From an uncultured Spirochaetota bacterium (GTDB lineage Bacteria > Spirochaetota > Spirochaetia > SZUA-6 > Fen-1364), in assembly GCA_963734545.1 (NCBI GenBank), contig CAVTHO010000010.1:153060-217059 (forward strand): 64,000 nucleotides of DNA, in the 5' to 3' direction. The translations under genes were made by a program, and so were the position numbers. Under the pieces are notes generated by a model that ran no database searches, was not told the DNA's origin, and saw only the letters and a program-made list of their open reading frames with translations. Below are positions 61,684-64,000 of the stretch, in pieces. The number at the start of each line of letters is the position of its first letter. The first letter of the stretch is position 1.

Positions 61684-62730
61684 CTAGTTCGCCCATCGCC
61701 GCACTCCCTCGATGTCCAGAATGAAATCGGCGCCAAAGGCCTGGGCCGGGGTCAGAGAACCTGACAACTCGCCTTGCTGCACCCGTTCGATCGCCCGCAC
61801 GCTGCTTGCCGCGGTAAAACCGTAACCCTCGCCCAGTTCCAGCCAGGCCTCCGCCTGCAGACCATCCTTGTTTGAGGCGCGGGCCCAGGCGTAGGAGACG
61901 TGGGGCCGCGACTCTTTGTCTACCTTCCGCGTTCGTCTTTTGTCGATGGCCGCCTCGAGCCTCCGGCGAATCGGTTTGCGCGAGACACCCCACTGCACAA
62001 TCGGAAGCAAAAAGGCAACCGCGGGTTTGAAGGGGCCAAACGCAGTGATGTTGGGGATCCTGGTCGCACGAAACGCGGCTTCAAGGTCGGCCGACGGGAC
62101 TGGCAAGATATCAAATTCCCCGTCGGGAAATTGAAGCTTCTTCAGACCTTTGCCGAGCCGCAAGGGCACCGGCCGCCCGTCTCGGTACACGAACCCGCCG
62201 CCGGCGATCGCCCCCAACACGCTCTTCGCCGCGCCGGCGCTTTCCTGACGGTTGCTGGCCTTCACGGCGAGTTCCAACGTGTTCGCATTTGGCACCTGCG
62301 CCGCTACGTATGCGGCGATAGAGTTGCCGGCGGTGACGCCAAAGCCCACGCCCGCGATCAAGGCGACATTTCGTTTCTGCGCGGCGTGGTCTTGGGCAAA
62401 AACTTCCCGCTGAGCCGAGAGCTCGCCCGCGATGTCCAGATAGTGAGCTCCGATAGCAAGACAGGCCTGAACCAGGGGCTGAACGGTGGCGCCGAACGGC
62501 CCCGCGGCGTTAAGTACTGCCCCGACTTCCGACACCGCTCGTTCAAGCCGGACTCTATCGTCCAGGCTGACAGCCACCCAGGGGAGATCCAGCCGTTCGG
62601 CCAGCGGGGCAAGGGTTTCCGCGTTACGGCCGGCCAGTACCGGCCGTTGTCCCCGGCGTATCGCTTCTTCCGCGATCAGAACTCCAGTAGCGCCCGTAGC
62701 GCCGTAAAGCATCCAGTTCGTATGCGACAT
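61684..62730 (-). CDS. Saccharopine dehydrogenase-like NADP-binding oxidoreductase
   Basis: YGATGATG, LAGRN, NAAGPF, HYLDIAGE, GVGF, LTPAQAFG. Confidence 0.88.
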   Translation of the reverse strand: MSHTNWMLYGATGATGVLIAEEAIRRGQRPVLAGRNAETLAPLAERLDLPWVAVSLDDRVRLERAVSEVGAVLNAAGPFGATVQPLVQACLAIGAHYLDIAGELSAQREVFAQDHAAQKRNVALIAGVGFGVTAGNSIAAYVAAQVPNANTLELAVKASNRQESAGAAKSVLGAIAGGGFVYRDGRPVPLRLGKGLKKLQFPDGEFDILPVPSADLEAAFRATRIPNITAFGPFKPAVAFLLPIVQWGVSRKPIRRRLEAAIDKRRTRKVDKESRPHVSYAWARASNKDGLQAEAWLELGEGYGFTAASSVRAIERVQQGELSGSLTPAQAFGADFILDIEGVRRWAN

Positions 62731-62762
62731 AGTCTTCTCCTGTATCACGTGCATTTAAGCGA

Positions 62763-62814
62763 TGACACATCATCAATGGTACAACATGCATGATGTATCA
62801 TTGATGATGCGTCA
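62763..62814. promoter_or_regulatory. Long inverted repeat, putative MarR operator
   Basis: TGACACATCATCAATGGTACA-N10-TGTATCATTGATGATGCGTCA (19/21 complementary) between divergent genes. Confidence 0.65.
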
Positions 62815-62969
62815 CTAATATACGAAAAAAACTATGTCATGGGTTTGATTTTAGAAACTTTTGCGCATTCGGGTCTTTGGTGAAGCAACGCCTGGTGCCC
62901 CAGCCTGCGTAGCTCGTTCCAGATGAGGATGCCTCCCTAAATTCGCGAAAAAAGCGCTACACTGCCCTC

Positions 62970-63458
62970 ATGGACGCCATTGAAGAGATACGGTATCTGA
63001 TTCTTGCGGCGCAGCGCGAAGGGAACCGTGCATTAGCCGGAGCACTGCGGCCGTTCGGTCTGACACCGTCGAAGGCCGAAGCGTTGAGGGTGATGCTCGA
63101 CTATGCGCCGCTCTCCCTCACCGCGCTTGGCGATCTGCTGGTATGCGAGACGGGCAGCCCCAGTCGTTTGGTCCAGGGACTCGTCAAAGACGGCCTCATC
63201 GAAAAGATTTTCTCTCCGGCCGACAAACGCATGGTGACGCTAAGCCTGACGGGGATTGGCAGGAAAATGGCCGAGCAGATCAGCAACCTCGAAGCCCGGT
63301 TCTATGAAATGAACGCCGGGTTGCTGACGGACGCCCCCGTACAGGAGATAATTGCCTTTTTATGGCGCTACGTCGACGGCAAGCCCGCTGGTCTAGCTCT
63401 GACGCGCCGAAAAAAAGACACGGGTCGATCTACGGCAACAATCCCGATGGGTCAATAA
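62970..63458 (+). CDS. MarR family transcriptional regulator
   Basis: GLTPSKAEALRVM, SPSRLVQGLVKDGLI, DKRMVTLSLT. Confidence 0.9.
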   Translation: MDAIEEIRYLILAAQREGNRALAGALRPFGLTPSKAEALRVMLDYAPLSLTALGDLLVCETGSPSRLVQGLVKDGLIEKIFSPADKRMVTLSLTGIGRKMAEQISNLEARFYEMNAGLLTDAPVQEIIAFLWRYVDGKPAGLALTRRKKDTGRSTATIPMGQ

Positions 63459-63676
63459 TCGCTGGACTCACGTCGACCGGCCGCGCAGGCAAATAACAGA
63501 GCCCTGCCGCGGACGGCTACCGGGCTATTTTGTTGAGCTGCGTTTCTCCGAAAATGATAAAATCTCTCCCTGGACAGGTGTCGGTGCATTCCAAAATCTG
63601 ATGTCATGGATACTACGATATGGTCGGTGCGGCAGGTTCGCAGGTTCGCGCGGTTTGCTTAGCGGATATAAAAAAA

Positions 63677-63841
63677 GCCTGGCAACGACCTACTCTCCCA
63701 CCCGTAGCGCGGCAGCTCGGTCGCTCCTGGCGACATTTGGTTTGCGGAGCAAACCGCGAGAGCGGTCAAGCGGCAGTGCGCGAGTACGCGCTCGGCGAGT
63801 ACGCCGTACCATCGGCGAAGCAAGGCGTTGACTTCCGTGTT
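63677..63841 (-). rRNA. rrf: 5S rRNA-like sequence (3' two-thirds) interrupted by a 91-nt insertion; 5' part not recognisable
   Basis: Minus strand reads AACACGGAAGTCAACGCCTTGCTTCGCCGATGGTA-[91 nt]-CTGCCGCGCTACGGGTGGGAGAGTAGGTCGTTGCCAGGC followed by T7. Confidence 0.7.
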
Positions 63842-64000
63842 GGGCGTGCCCCGCCCAAGGGTATTCAATTGCACAGAGAGACGTCGTCTGAATCGGCCCT
63901 CGGGCGGGTCGCGTGCTGCGGGGGTTCCGTCCTCGCACTCCACGGGGTACCGTGGAAGGCTCGGACCGCTTCGGGGCTTCGCCCCTCGCGCCCCTCCGCC
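63840..64000. repeat. Cluster of short GC hairpins (REP-like)
   Basis: TTGGGCG-TGCCC-CGCCCAA, CCACGG-GGTA-CCGTGG, GGGGC-TTC-GCCCC. Confidence 0.45.

Overview
High-GC bacterial DNA, probably Spirochaetia (inferred from the 'FASGGGE' N-terminus of the ABC solute-binding protein). 1-13.6 kb is a sugar/sugar-acid catabolic regulon: a KdgR-like IclR regulator, lactonase, HpcH aldolase, two CUT2 ABC importers, 2-hydroxyacid dehydrogenase, RraA/HMG aldolase, Gfo/Idh/MocA oxidoreductase and Zn-ADH, with four KdgR-type operators at readable sigma70 promoters. The 8.2-11.6 kb part carries many 1-nt indels that look like consensus errors. Next come a secreted ankyrin protein, a MacAB-TolC-type system, a WYL regulator plus GyrI gene with a DriD-like operator, a stand-alone MshEN microprotein and a GH53. 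A ~15.5 kb LEPR-XLL giant exoprotein gene follows (lipase domain, EF-hand-like repeats, RTX repeats, beta-helical repeats), split by a 718-bp tandem duplication. The right third is accessory DNA: GT39 paralogs, AraC-GyrI, BlaI/BlaR, hydrolases, gene fragments and MarR. The window ends in a 5S rRNA-like sequence interrupted by a 91-nt multi-hairpin insert. The most interesting signals are (i) an AraC-GyrI gene whose linker appears to encode its own 21-bp-periodic operator array, an internal promoter and an RBS for a stand-alone GyrI isoform, (ii) the interrupted 5S rRNA, and (iii) the giant lipase-bearing LEPR-XLL protein. No CRISPR array, integrase or transposase was seen. All calls come from reading the sequence by eye; no searches were run.
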